This document shows positions 14,420 through 27,678 of a stretch of DNA of 64,000 bases, piece by piece. The stretch is taken from contig OZ024749.1 of the NCBI GenBank assembly GCA_964016885.1, positions 30,256,001-30,320,000 on the forward strand. Direction: 5' to 3'. Each line of letters opens with the position of its first letter. Position 1 is the stretch's first letter. This DNA is from Eledone cirrhosa (taxonomy: Eukaryota). A model generated the notes under the pieces. The model worked only from the letters and a program-made list of their open reading frames with translations. It was not told the DNA's origin and made no database searches. The position numbers were made by a program, and so were the translations under genes.

Positions 14420-14850
14420 ATTGTAAATTATCACTAAAATAATACCTGTTATGGCGAATGACAACAGCGTAGCTAAAATATTTAACGGGCCGCAATATAT
14501 ATAGTTCAAAAGAACCTAATATATTTCGTACCATTTTGGTAGTGACAGCTCCTAAGCAAGTGATTGTAAAAATTTCTCTAAAATAATACCTATTATGCTA
14601 AATAAAAGACAGCATAGCTAAAGTATTTAACGGGTCGTAATATATATGGTTAAGAAGAACCTAATATATTTGGTACCTTTTTATTAGTGACAGCTCCAGC
14701 GCCAGTGATTGTAAAATGTTTTCTCAAAAATAATACCAGTTATGGTGGGTAATGCACCAAATAAAATAACTAAAATACTTAATGGACCATAATATAGTTC
14801 AAAGGAACCTAATATATATTTTGTAGCTATTAGTAGCGACAGCTTCAGAG
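14420..14850. repeat. Degenerate tandem repeat, ~145-bp unit x3
   Basis: AAAATAATACC..GAACCTAATATAT..GACAGCT recurs at ~14436, 14580 and 14727. Confidence 0.8.
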
Positions 14851-15082
14851 CATGTAAGGTATGTGCAGTCATCCAATATTAATTCCTTGTTGACTTGTCT
14901 ACTAAATACTCGTGTAAATTACATTAATACATTAATACTTAAATTCGCTTTTCTCTTCCCTTTAAACCTAACTATCGTTATCTCATATACATTGATAAGT
15001 ATATATGTGTGTATATATATATATGTATACAAGCACACATACATAAACACATACACATATATATTTATAACATATAAGTATA

Positions 15083-15119
<37 letters not shown>

Positions 15120-15218
15120 CATGTATAGACCCGCACAAACACATATATGTATGTATATATGTATAAATATATATATTCTTACATATAAATATAGAAACAC
15201 AAACACTCATATATATAT

Positions 15219-15283
<65 letters not shown>

Positions 15284-15750
15284 TATACATATATATGCAC
15301 ACACACATAGACGTGTATGGATGCACGCAGGTGATATATGGTATGTAGTTTGTGGTATACGAACATCTATTTTAGTATGTTATGTATGCATAAAAAGGTG
15401 AGCTCTTCAAGTTTGCAATAAAAGGGTTGGAAGTTACAAATTCCCGTTGTTTCTTGTTCATTGCTTTTAAATGATAAATCAATTCATTGTGTCAACAGAT
15501 ATGTATACGTGTTTCCCTTCACTTGTTGCATAAATATTCTTATTGAAGGTATACACTTTACAATACACCATTTTACCTCCTATCTAAGACTTATCAGTTT
15601 GTGTTTACTGAAATGTGACAGGTAGGAAATTATTTAGACTAACAATATTCTGCTATGTACGTAATAATTTATTTTCTCACTTAAATTATATATTTACAAG
15701 CTATTTTACTATTATTCAACCCAACAACTTAAAAGCTCTTTTGTTATATA

Positions 15751-15896
15751 CCAGCAGAATGGCCCGGCGTTGCTCGGGATTTTCTCTAGGGTTCTTATAT
15801 ATTTGATATATACTTATCCTTATCGAGCCTCGTGAAATAAATACGTTTGTTTATATTTTGTTATTGTGTATGCAAAAATATCAGTACATGAATATA

Positions 15897-15971
<75 letters not shown>

Positions 15972-16422
15972 TAAAATAACAGATTAAAGTTTAAGCAAAG
16001 AATCGCTGCTTTCACCCTTAACTGGTCTTCTGAAACTACAAAAATCAATCTGTGAACGCAGAAGTAAATATTTCGAAAAACCTTACACACTATATATACG
16101 CACATTATATACACACACACACATATACCGTCATAATGTCATAATGACATACAGACAAATATTATAAGGGCGCAACGTTATATCTATGTATCTATCTAAA
16201 AAGAAAGACTAAGATTTATAGAGAGAGAGATCACTAAATTGCATAATGCGGTCCCTAGGGTATTGAAAATTTGAAATATGTTTTGGTCAAAACACCCACA
16301 GGACCATAAGTGTTACATGTGTAAAGTTTGAAAACAATCGGTTGGGAGGGGGGGGGTCTCGAGTTTTAGGGAGTCAGACTGACAGACAGACAGACAAACA
16401 TTCTCTATTTTAGATATATAGA
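15751..16422 (-). mobile_element. Non-autonomous Helitron
   Basis: Minus strand starts a|TCTATATATCT, has (CTGT)n near the 5' end, and ends in the hairpin CCCGAGCAACGCCGGG followed by CTGG|t; paralog of 56759-57656. Confidence 0.7.
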
Positions 16423-16703
16423 TATCCCTATCAGCCACAATTGTATACATAATTATATATAACAAGGCTAATATATATGATTCCACTTGAAAATGGCTGA
16501 CTGAAAACACACATCTCATTTCTCATTCTCTTTCTTTTTATTTCACCATTTCATTCTCATTATGTCTTCTGAGGAAGGACAAGTGTCCGAATTTAAAGTC
16601 TCCTTTTCTACTATATCAAGCGTTAAATAAATATATTTCTTCATTATACTGCGTTGTTTGCTTTGCTGTGTCCGTTTACCCTTTGTATATACACACACAC
16701 ACA

Positions 16704-16735
<32 letters not shown>

Positions 16736-16740
16736 TACAT

Positions 16741-16818
<78 letters not shown>

Positions 16819-16982
16819 ATATGCTCCTCCAAAATCATTTGACGTGTCCATCGAACGTGCGGATCCAGAATAAGACAGATCCACACAATTATCGCGTCTC
16901 GCTCGAGCTGTCGGCCGGGGAAACAATTGTAACACACAATAAATTGAGATCAGATGCGTCACTGATTTTTCGTTTTATATTC

Positions 16983-17085
<103 letters not shown>

Positions 17086-17339
17086 ATGAATGTATACATG
17101 TATGTATGTATATATGTATGTATGTACGTATGCAAGTATGTATGTCTATTTGCATATTTGCATATATGTACATAATGGTGTTTGACTCCTTTAATTGATC
17201 CTTGCTTTATTCCATCAACTCAGAAAAATGAAAGACAAATTTGACCTTCGCCTAAATTAAACTGAATTCAGCCCCGCAAAAAATACAACAAAACACCACG
17301 ATTACTTCGAAAATTGAATTCATCCTACTATATGATGTT

Positions 17340-17910
17340 CTCTCAGGAGCTGCGATCGGTAGATATTATCAAAAATGGAAAGACCAATAGAAATATTGTT
17401 TCCTTTGTCTGATCTGACAATCAGCCCCTTTATGCTGCCAGGTGTTGTGACTGGCAGAGATTATCAATAATGGAAAGACCAATAGAAATATTGTTTCCTT
17501 TGTCTCATCTGACAATCACTCCCTTTCTTCTGCCATGAGTTGTGACTGACAGATATTACTAATAATTGAAAGAGGGCGGTGGATTGGCAGTATCAGTAGA
17601 GGGTCGGACGCCCTGCTTTGCAGCAAAGAGTTATGGCCCTTTATGGTCTGAGTTCAAATCCCGCCGAGGTTAACTTTGCCTTTCATCCTTACGGGGTCGA
17701 TAAAATAAAGTACCAGTAATGCACTGGGCTAATTGCTGGCTTCGTGCCAAAAGTAGAAACAATTATTAATAATTGAAAGACCAATGCAAATATTGTTTCC
17801 TTGGCCTCATCTGACAATCAGCCCCTTTCTTCTGCCAGGAGTTGTGAACGGTAGGTAGTATCCACAATGGGAAGACCAATGGAAATATTGTTTCTTTCGT
17901 CTGATTTGAC
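17340..17910. repeat. 95-bp tandem repeat (~4.5 units) interrupted by a SINE
   Basis: AAT(G/T)G(A/G)AAGA motif at 17374, 17469, 17564/17771 and 17866. Confidence 0.85.
17574..17766 (+). mobile_element. SINE family A, full length, 14-bp TSD
   Basis: TSD TAATAATTGAAAGA at 17560-17573 and 17767-17780. Confidence 0.9.
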
Positions 17911-19355
17911 GTGTCCCTCCATACTCTGTAAGTAAATGATGTCTAGGGTCTTATCAATAGACTCTCCTCTATAATACACTTCCACTCTTTAAACAAATAT
18001 TTACATCTTCTCTATCTGCTTATCTTGCATCTTGTTCCGTCAATATTTTACTACCCATAAGTCATCGCATTTGACGTACTTCCGCAATAGTTCCGTTTCC
18101 GTTTCTGTCTACTCCCTATTACAAACTGATTCAATTTAAACTGACTTTTAAAACTTACGAATCTCATGTTATTATATCTTATCAGTATTTGATTGGTAAT
18201 TTATCAATCGACGGCAACATTTGATTGATAAAGTACCCGTGATGTATTGCGACTTATCCTTTCTACTAACATTGATTATTTCTACGTGGATGACAGTAGT
18301 TTGGAAATATATGTATGCTTCATGGCATAGAGGTACGTCTCTTTATGTTCTGAGTTCAAATCCCGCCGAGATTAGATTTGCATTTCATCCTTACGGGGTC
18401 GATAAAATATAGAACCAATAATGCAATGGGGTCGATTAAATCGACTTTCCTCTCCCCCAAAATTGTTAGCCTTGTGCCTAAATCAGAAACCATTATGTCT
18501 CACGCCACAATTCACAAGTTCATAAAGAGGCTTCCTTGTCTTTCCCTATCTTTTGAAATAATAGACGCCTTTTTCTATGCACCTGTACCCATCTTCAAAA
18601 TAGTGATGAATCATAAATGTATAAATAAATAGATAGACAAATAAATAAATAGTTAAATAAATAGATAACCAAACAAATAAATAAATAAATAATCGTTCGA
18701 CTCGGAAGTGAAAAATAAGCAACACTCTCAACGCTATCGTAAAATCAAATAGATTCTCTTCAAGTTTGAGGTATTTGGTGAATGTCTTGATTTACATAGA
18801 AATACGTAATATAAGTAGTGACTGCCGGAAAGAAAACATCCATTACAAAAAATGTGAAATTCCCAACAAAAACAAAACAAATAAAAAAGAACAGATCCTA
18901 AAAAAAAGAACAGCAAAAAAAAAAATAAAAAACAAAGCGAAAAAAAATAGTAGAAAAATAAGGGAACCATAGAAATCTGTTTAACACTTCTATTAACTAC
19001 GTCTTACAATAAGGCGGCATCTGCAATCTGACAGTACGAAACTAGCTGGGTGGATGGTGGTACATTAATTTGTTCTGGAAACTTAACAAGTAGAATGTTA
19101 TTAGTTATGACACTAAGAAGATTTAAAACATATCTCTTAGCATCTGGTACTGCCGCCTGCAGGTAAATTATTCCATCAGTTTTTTTTTGGTTTTTCTATA
19201 TTTTCATAGTGTAAATGTTTTGTATTTTGTATAAATTTTACTTCTGGATTTTCTAGTACTTCTTCTCTATGTTTCTAGTGGTTCGTACTAGCCGTGTTAT
19301 TGTGCCTGTGTAGTGCTAGTGCCGTCAGCTGATAGAACGAAACCTCTAGTTAACA

Positions 19356-19667
19356 TATGAGGGTGGGCTGAAAAGTTCATTGGCTGAAAGACTGATGCTA
19401 GAGCTGTGAGATCTTGCATGCAGTAATTTAAACTCTTCTTATAATTAACTGCATTGTTTCTTTCCAGGGACTATGTTGTCAAATAAACCTCTTTGGTCAT
19501 TCCATGAGAATATCTTGGTCAGTCTATGAAGGAGTGATGCTAGAGCTCTGAGATCTTGCATGCAGTAATTTAAACTCTTCTTATAATTAACTGCATTATT
19601 TCTTTCCAGGGACTAAGTTGTCAAATAAACCTCATTTGGTCATTCCATGAGAATATCTTGCTCAGTT
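19356..19667 (+). mobile_element. Mariner-derived MITE-like element with an internal tandem duplication
   Basis: Begins TA-TGAGGGTGGGCTGAAAAGTTC (mariner-type TIR after TA); a ~143-bp segment is repeated at ~19393 and ~19536. Confidence 0.6.
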
Positions 19668-19689
19668 CCAAAAGAAAGCTCGACAGAAG

Positions 19690-19927
19690 CACAGAGGAGA
19701 CTGATGTTATCTGGACATACACACCGACATCCAGTGTTGACACTACACTCAGTGCTCCTGTGGGAACCCCTGCATGGACACATTCGAAGAGGAAGACCGA
19801 GGTTGACATATGTTGATGCACCAAGGACTGGCACTGGTCTCTTAGAGACGCAGGAATAGCTGCGATGATGAGGGACAGAGAACCCCGGAGAGAACTCGTC
19901 CATGGATCCCGGGAATTTTACCCGCCC
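19690..19927 (+). mobile_element. RTE-X-like LINE 3' fragment
   Basis: [35 protein letters not shown]. Confidence 0.8.
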
Positions 19928-20049
<122 letters not shown>

Positions 20050-20397
20050 TAAATTTCAAAACTATGTTCAAATCATTTTATTGCTGACAATCGTTTCTTC
20101 CAAACGTTCGTTTGGAATCACTAGCAAAGTTTGGACATATAATTAATTTCCTATTCAACCGAATAATCATATAGATACATGGATATTAATCTTGTCATCA
20201 ACAGTTTCGTATTTATATTCCTACTCTGTAAAACATCTGATGTATTTACATTGAGCTATTTTTCTTACTGGTAATAAGGTAGTAATGAGTTACTGACCTT
20301 TCCTGTTTATAGTTGTATATAGTGTATATATAACTATAAATATTATTATTATTACTATTATTATTATTATTATATTTATATATATATATATATATAT

Positions 20398-20806
20398 GGT
20401 GGCTGCCAACTCGTTTTCGAGTACGGCCACTACTTTATATCCATGTAGGAGGACCCCCTACCGATGCGCTGAACGAGTGTGACTTTTCAGTCCGGCCAGC
20501 GACTTGAAAACATTGGTACAAACACTACACATGTGACAATTACTGACACATAGTGCTGGGCCCATGGTACCATGTGACGACAAGTGCAGAGAGATCTCCA
20601 GATATAAAGCAATGCCTGTGCCATGAAGCTTTTATAGTGAGCAAAGGCACTGCACAAAGCCAGTCCCACTCTCTTAACCAAGATGATATTTACCAAAAAG
20701 AAGAACAAGTCAACATCATTGGATACCATGAGGGTTGCAGGTGTTATATCAGAGTTTTCCTTCTCCTAGAATTCTGCCTTGACAAAGGCTAAGGGGTCAT
20801 CTCTCC

Positions 20807-20809
<3 letters not shown>
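20398..20809 (-). mobile_element. Dispersed repeat family C (short, probably LINE-derived, with a C2H2-like remnant), truncated
   Basis: Reverse complement of 48940-49349; flanked by (TA)n. Confidence 0.75.
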
Positions 20810-20874
<65 letters not shown>

Positions 20875-20881
<7 letters not shown>

Positions 20882-21499
20882 GTGTGTGTCCGCATGTATC
20901 TGTGTGTTTTTAAATATATTAATAACTCCCTCTGGTCGAGCAATCTGAAGTGTGGGGACAACTGGAAAGCTTCCATTACTCATACTTCTCGTCTTCTTCA
21001 CTACCTCTTCTACGGCCTCGATATGAATACCCCCTCCGCCTCCGTGGTATTTTCTTCGTGGTTATAAGAGGCTTAGCTCTGTTTCTCGACCGTTATATCG
21101 CGTGACTATCTCCCCCTCCGCCTTTTGGGATTCTTTCTCACGTCGTGTAGACGCGTTCTTGAGACTAGTAAAATGAGGTATCCTCTTGATAAGTCGGCAG
21201 ACCTCGCAAGGACTCTATATCTTTGATATATTGTTTTTGTTTATGCCACGAAACTACGTAGTCGAGGAATTTAGGAACAGTTTAGGTATGATACATTTTA
21301 TTACTAATTATATCTAAATGTTTCTTCTCTCTTCATAATGTATTTTTAACTCTGATACTGGTTCAGTCTGGTTCAAACTGAATTGGTCTGTCCCAGTCAT
21401 TCATTGAGCAACATCGGTGAAGTTGGCACCCTTAACTCACAGTTGGGTGCGGATGCATTCATGTATATATGTGTGTGTCCGCATGTATCTGTGTGTTTT

Positions 21500-21510
<11 letters not shown>
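20875..21510 (+). mobile_element. Retrozyme-like element: 589-nt unit plus ~45-nt redundancy, a different permutation from 8301-8944
   Basis: TCCGCATGTATCTGTGTG at 20889 and 21478; flanked by (TA)n. Confidence 0.85.
21181..21268 (+). ncRNA. Type I hammerhead ribozyme, U3:A8 core variant
   Basis: TCCTC TTGATAA GTCGGCA...TGCCAC GAAA CTACGTAG TC GAGGA. Confidence 0.85.
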
Positions 21511-21543
<33 letters not shown>

Positions 21544-21547
<4 letters not shown>

Positions 21548-22185
21548 AATATTGTTTCCTTGGCCTCATCTGACAATCAGCCCCTTTCTTCTGCCAGGAG
21601 TTGTGAACGGTAGGTAGTATCCACAATGGGAAGACCAATGGAAATATTGTTTCTTTCGTCTGATTTGACGTGTCTCTCCATACTCTGTAAGTAAATGATG
21701 TCTAGGGTCTTATCAATATACTCTCCTCTATAATACACTTCCACTCTTTAAACACATATTTACATCTTCTCTATCTGCTTATCTGGCATCGTGTTCCGTC
21801 AATATTTTACTACCCATAAGTCATCGCATTTGACGTGCTTCTGCCGCAATTGTTCCGTTTCCGTTTCTGTCTACTCCCTATTACAAACTGATTCAATTTA
21901 AACTGACTTTTAAAACTTACGAATCTCATGCTATTATATCTGATCAGTATTTGATTGGTAATTTATCAATCTACGGCAACATTTGATTGATAAAGTACCC
22001 GGATGTATTGCGACTTATCCTTTCCACTAAAATTGATGGTCTTGCACCGAAATTTCGAAGTGATTATTTCTACATGGATGACAGTAGTTTAGAAATATAT
22101 GTATGCTTCATGGCATAGAGGTACGTCTCTTTATGTTCTGAGTTCAAATCCCGCCGAGATTAGATTTGCATTTCATCCTTACGGT
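21544..22185 (+). repeat. Diverged duplicate of 17785-18396
   Basis: Colinear high similarity with substitutions and one ~25-bp indel. Confidence 0.9.
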
Positions 22186-22344
22186 GTCTATATCTATATA
22201 TATATATATATATATAATGAAGGAGGTGAGTTTTATTGTAGTACAATAAAGCAATGCAGATATCGGCTAAGTAGCACTCTACAGTTTGTAGGACTGGAGT
22301 ATAAATAATATATAAGATCAAAAGATGGTTAAAAGAGTTCCATG

Positions 22345-22415
22345 TATTTTATTATCCGCATTTCAAAAACAAATATCATCATGCAATAACATTTGCGTTT
22401 TCGTCAGATAAAATA
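22345..22415 (-). ncRNA. Type I hammerhead ribozyme (left arm of a palindrome)
   Basis: uauuuuau CUGACGA aaacgcaaauguuau..augauauuuguuuuu GAAA ugcgga UA auaaaaua. Confidence 0.75.
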
Positions 22416-22533
22416 GGGAGACATGATATGAAGGTTAAAACACACTTCTGAATAGTGCAGTTTTAAATCAACATATGTTGATTTAAAACTGCACTATTCA
22501 CAAGTGTGTTTTAACCTTCATATCATGTCTCCC

Positions 22534-22604
22534 TATTTTAACTGACGAAAACGCAAATGTTATTGCATGATGATATTTGTTTTTGAAATGCGCATAATAA
22601 AATA
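22534..22604 (+). ncRNA. Type I hammerhead ribozyme (right arm of a palindrome)
   Basis: CTGACGA 22542, GAAA 22585, palindromic TGCGCA stem III, AUA triplet. Confidence 0.8.
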
Positions 22605-22652
22605 CATGGAACTCTTTTAATCATCTTTTGATCTTATATATTATATATATTT

Positions 22653-22686
<34 letters not shown>

Positions 22687-22813
22687 CAAAGAGATATTTA
22701 ATTTGTTGGTAATTCAACAAATTTATTTATAACAGATTCGAAGCACTCAACAGTTTACCTGGAGTATAATCAATGATATTAATAAATGTAAACTATATTT
22801 ATAAAACCATATT

Positions 22814-22875
22814 TATTCAATTATATATATTTCAAGGTTACCAAAAACTTTGGTACGCGCTCATCAGATAAAATA
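22814..22875 (-). ncRNA. Type I HHR with a degenerate proximal stem II
   Basis: uauuuuau CUGAUGA gcgcguaccaaa..uuugguaaccuu GAAA uauaua UA; homologous to 7912-7976. Confidence 0.6.
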
Positions 22876-23243
22876 CAAAATTTGTTTTATAAATAGTGAC
22901 ATACCCCAGATACCAGGCATTATCGGTTCAGGTTCCATGCAGTGACTGAACACACAAACTCATGGCATCACTTTTATGATCTGAGCGTCATAACCACTAC
23001 AAAACATAACATCATAATTTCGTCATGTAATTACTCACCTCACCCACTACGCTCTCGCTATAAAAAAAAACTAAAGAAAATCGCCTAGAGATTCAACAAT
23101 GGAAACGAATTATAATGATCTGATTGCCTCTAGATTTTCCCAAAACATGCACTATGGATTCGTAATAAGTCAACAAATCTCTCTGCCCGGAGCTTCAGAA
23201 ATATTTCAAAGAGTTTAGCACAAAAAAAATCCCCCCCCCCATG

Positions 23244-23301
<58 letters not shown>

Positions 23302-23448
23302 TGTGTGTGTGCGTGTGTCTGTGTCTGTATTTGTATACATTATATATATATGCATACATCTATATGTATATATATATAATATATATATATATATAAACAT
23401 ACATATATACATATGTATGTAAATATATACATACGTACATACATACAT

Positions 23449-23507
<59 letters not shown>

Positions 23508-23508
23508 C

Positions 23509-23571
<63 letters not shown>

Positions 23572-23746
23572 CATTTATATATATATATATATATATATAT
23601 AAGTATATATATTGTATATATATGCATATGTATATATGTACATATATAAATCATTACGTGTATGTCAGTTTACATGCTTGTGTTTATGTTTATGTTTATG
23701 TGTGTTTGTGTATATGTTTGTATGAGTTTATTTGTGCGTCTATGTT

Positions 23747-23793
<47 letters not shown>

Positions 23794-24295
23794 TTGTGTC
23801 TGTGTGTGTGTTTGTTTGTGTGTGTACTAATTTGTTATTCATATATGAAGTTGTAAACACGTTTCTAAGCATCTCAGTATCATTCGATAACAAAATAATT
23901 TGTAATGAAATTCTCTTCCTGAAATAAAATACATCGTCATTTATTAGAGGTGTTGATATGTACATAATATCTAGGCGGAGAAACGTATGGTATTTCTCTT
24001 CTATCTTAACTAGTATCACTAACACACTAGTAGTATTTACAATGGTTAGATGTTTAAAATGTTATTTCATCTAGAGGCATACCATGGGTTTCCGTCGGTT
24101 TCGAGATAGGCATTTGTTCAAGGTATTCGATAAGAATATAAAATTTATATCTTACTATTCATTTTAGTGTGTAAATTGTTCAAATTTCCCTTTAGGGCGT
24201 AATATATATACATATGTATATATATATATCTATGTATATCATACATATATATTTTTATCCCCCCCCCCATCTTTCTCTCTCTCTCTCTCTCTATT

Positions 24296-24348
<53 letters not shown>

Positions 24349-24393
24349 GTTTATATATATATGTATGTATATATATATGTTTATATATATATG

Positions 24394-24440
<47 letters not shown>

Positions 24441-24742
24441 GTATGAAACGTAACCCTGGTATGTGTATATGCATTTTTTCTTCTAACTTTAATTTTATAC
24501 CTAATTGTGTATGGTTGACGATATATTTAATCGATTTCCACGTGCTATGAAATGCTGGTTAAATAATCTATGGCTGTTGATAGCGAATAGATGGTTATCG
24601 TTTATTTATCTATTATATCTTCACATGTGTCTTTTAACCTTATAACCTGGTTTAATTGGTTTTTTGTGTGGTTGATTATGCTAATTGGGAGGTGAAATTG
24701 AGTATATATCTTATCATATGATTCTAAGGACATAATTTATAG

Positions 24743-24773
<31 letters not shown>

Positions 24774-24818
24774 GTATATATATATATATAGGTACGTATA
24801 TATATATATCTATATATA

Positions 24819-25012
24819 TAACGAAGGAGATGTGGTAAGGAACCAGATGGACTATAACGCACCAGAGTACTCAATACTCAGGGTAGTAGAGTGGGTAATA
24901 GGAAAATGTATGACCCCGACAGCAGAGCTCAAGCCGTTTCGACGGCTATTTCTGGACTCAGAAATAGCCGTCGAAACGGTTTGAGCTCTGCCGTCGGGTT
25001 CATACTTTTTCC

Positions 25013-25015
<3 letters not shown>
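24819..25015. repeat. Fold-back repeat family carrying the 3' half of an HHR; copies at 33385-33585, 40290-40490 and 50400-50542
   Basis: GAAA cggy..gccg UC ggg(g)uc stem III motif; inversion centred near CTGGACT. Confidence 0.7.
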
Positions 25016-25085
<70 letters not shown>

Positions 25086-25411
25086 ATATATATATGTATA
25101 TATATTACGATAAATTAACGGAGCCATAGACTCTCGCTATTCCCTGTCATTAATGTGCTCAAAGGAGAAGGAATCCCGAGCCCTCTGACAACTCTGTTAA
25201 TTTATCGTAATATTTCGCCCGTCATAACAGCCTCTCCTCTCTCTCTGTTTGGTTGAGCACACTTCTCTGAGTGGTTTGGGTTGCTCTTTCTAGCAGCTCG
25301 TCCCTCAGAGTCAACTGGTTACTACCCTAGGCACGCTGTGAATTGTCTTTCCCACGTGTGGCTGGACGGCCGCTCTAGATTCTTTTAGTGTTGTCTGAAA
25401 TGTATAGCCTT

Positions 25412-25496
25412 TACACACGCTGATGAACCATAGGCTAATCATTTCTGCCAACAAATTAGTTGGTGAAACAGATCCTTTCGGATTTGTAGGTGTGTG
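25412..25496 (+). ncRNA. Type I hammerhead ribozyme with a stable stem III
   Basis: uacacacg CUGAUGA acca..cuaau..auuag..uggu GAAA cagaucc uuuc ggauuug UA ggugugug. Confidence 0.85.
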
Positions 25497-26295
25497 TTAG
25501 ATAGTTATCAAGGTACGTATTTGCACTTTGATTTATACTTTTAATTATTGTCTGTCTACTTTGCCTTCCAAGGGCTATAGATTCCATACACTGGTGGTTT
25601 TTCCCTGTTTGACTGATAACACACTATCTCTCTCTGATGTGTTATCTTTTCTACATATTGTATTATGTATATATATATGTATATATGTATATGTATATAT
25701 ATATAAATATATATATCTTTCTCCCGGTGTATTTTTCATAGTCTAGTCAACATAATTATGTTCTTGTATTTGACATCGCCGATCTGTTGCCTGTGGACAG
25801 CCATCTATTTTCATAGACAATTACCAGTTATTCTGACACTTTCAAGAATCCATTTGTGAAGTTTGGCATTTATGATTTATGAATTAATTCTGTTAACTGT
25901 AGTTTTTCTCTTTATAATTTGATGATTTGATAATTTTTATTCTTCTGACCAAACATAGAGATACCAAGACAGTTAAGTGTTTTCCCGGACTACAGGGGCA
26001 CCTAGTCACCAGATCGGATCCGACAAACCCTCCACAAATTAGAAGCTCATTGAAATGAAATTTAGATCGAAATTCTTTGTAAAAAAAAGAAGTTAACGTT
26101 TACACCTGCCCCACGAAAATCTAATAAACGGATCTTAAGAACGATATCATAGAATTTTGCCGTAAAATAAGATTATCAGAACAATTCTTTGTAAAAGGTA
26201 AAGTTGATGCCGAATAAGTAGTTGGAAATTAAAGCAACATTTGCTCACAAAGATGAAGACATGAAGCAGTGGATAACTTTTGTTATTCGTGTTGA

Positions 26296-26386
26296 ATCAT
26301 AATCATCATCATCACGATCATCATCATCTTTATCAAATCATGATCATCCTCATCAGCACCATCATCATAAATATCATCATCAACAT

Positions 26387-26424
<38 letters not shown>

Positions 26425-26870
26425 CCATCATCATTCTCACCATCAACAACATAATCACCATAATCACCACCACCACCATCATCATAATCATAATCATCAT
26501 CATCATCATCATCATCATTATCATTATCATGAGGTCGTGCTGGTTTGTTCCCCCCAGCCATCTCCCTCATCCATTGCTTTCGCAAGATCTACTACAGTCT
26601 AGGTTGCGTCACCATAAAGCTGGTAGATAAAGTACTTATATGATCAACCGAGCTTCGTACGACCATAGTTACGTTTCAAGACCATTAAACTACATCGCTG
26701 AACATTTCTTCTTTGCTTCTCTAATAGCGTCCAGCAAAATGCATACTTCTTTCTCGAATCATGGGAGGGACAAGGGGTTAGGTGTTAATAAAGTTGTTTG
26801 TCTAGCTATTCTTTCCTTAGACATTCTAATCGCCTGTCCTTCATAGTATATGAGCTCTGATCTCTCGATC
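26296..26870 (-). mobile_element. Decayed RTE-X-like LINE 3' end with a long (ATG)n tail
   Basis: Minus-strand remnants IRERSMHFAG..RSKEE..YGRTK..KAMD..DGW, followed by the (ATC)n tract at 26296-26530. Confidence 0.6.
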
Positions 26871-27095
26871 CGAAAGTATTGCATCTCTGCTTACAGCGAC
26901 TCTCTGATGCCCGGGCTATGTACCCTTTCGTGTAGCGTTACTCTAAAAACTTTTCCCCGATTCGGCCGATTGAATTTCGGAATTGTATTCTTTTTTATCA
27001 TTATCTAAGATTCATGACAACACTAACACCAAATCGATGTATGTATGTATGTATGTATGTATGTATGTATGTATGTATGTATGTATGTATGTATG

Positions 27096-27124
<29 letters not shown>

Positions 27125-27127
<3 letters not shown>

Positions 27128-27582
27128 AGGGCAAAGGAGCTCTTAAGAGTCAATGGCCATCCAAAATCATCGGGAGAGATGACCCCTTAGCCTTTGTCAA
27201 GGCAGAATTCTAGGAGAAGGAAAACTCTGATATAACACCTGCAACTCTGATGGTATCCAATGATGTTGACATGTTCTTCGTTTTGGTAAATATCATCTTG
27301 GTTAAGAGAGTGGGACTGGCTTTGTGCAGTGCCTTTGTTCACTATAAAAGCTTCACGGCACAGGCATTGCTTTATATCTGGAGATCTCTCTGCACTTGTC
27401 GTCACATGGTACCATGGGCCCAGCACTATGTGTCAATAATTGTCACAAGTGTAGTGTTTTTAACCAGAGCTTTCAAGTCGCTGGCTGGACTAAAAAGTCA
27501 CACTCGTTCAGCGCATCGTTAGGAGTTCTCCTACATGGATATAAAGTAGTGGCCGTACTCGAAAACGGGTTGGCAGCCACCA
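27125..27582 (+). mobile_element. Repeat family C, 5'-truncated, inside (TATG)n
   Basis: Near-identical to 48895-49349; encodes the remnant [16 protein letters not shown]. Confidence 0.8.
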
Positions 27583-27678
27583 TGTATGTATGTATGTATG
27601 TATGTATGTATGTATGTATGTATGTATGTATGTATGTATGTATGTATGTATGTATGTATGTATGTATGTATGTGTGTA

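Noticed and set aside
16569-16603. CTGAGGA-A-GGAC..GTCC-GAA remnant
   Set aside because: GAAA is incomplete and there is no stem I; decayed at best
17574-17670. tRNA genes
   Set aside because: The A/B boxes belong to SINE heads; no complete cloverleaf
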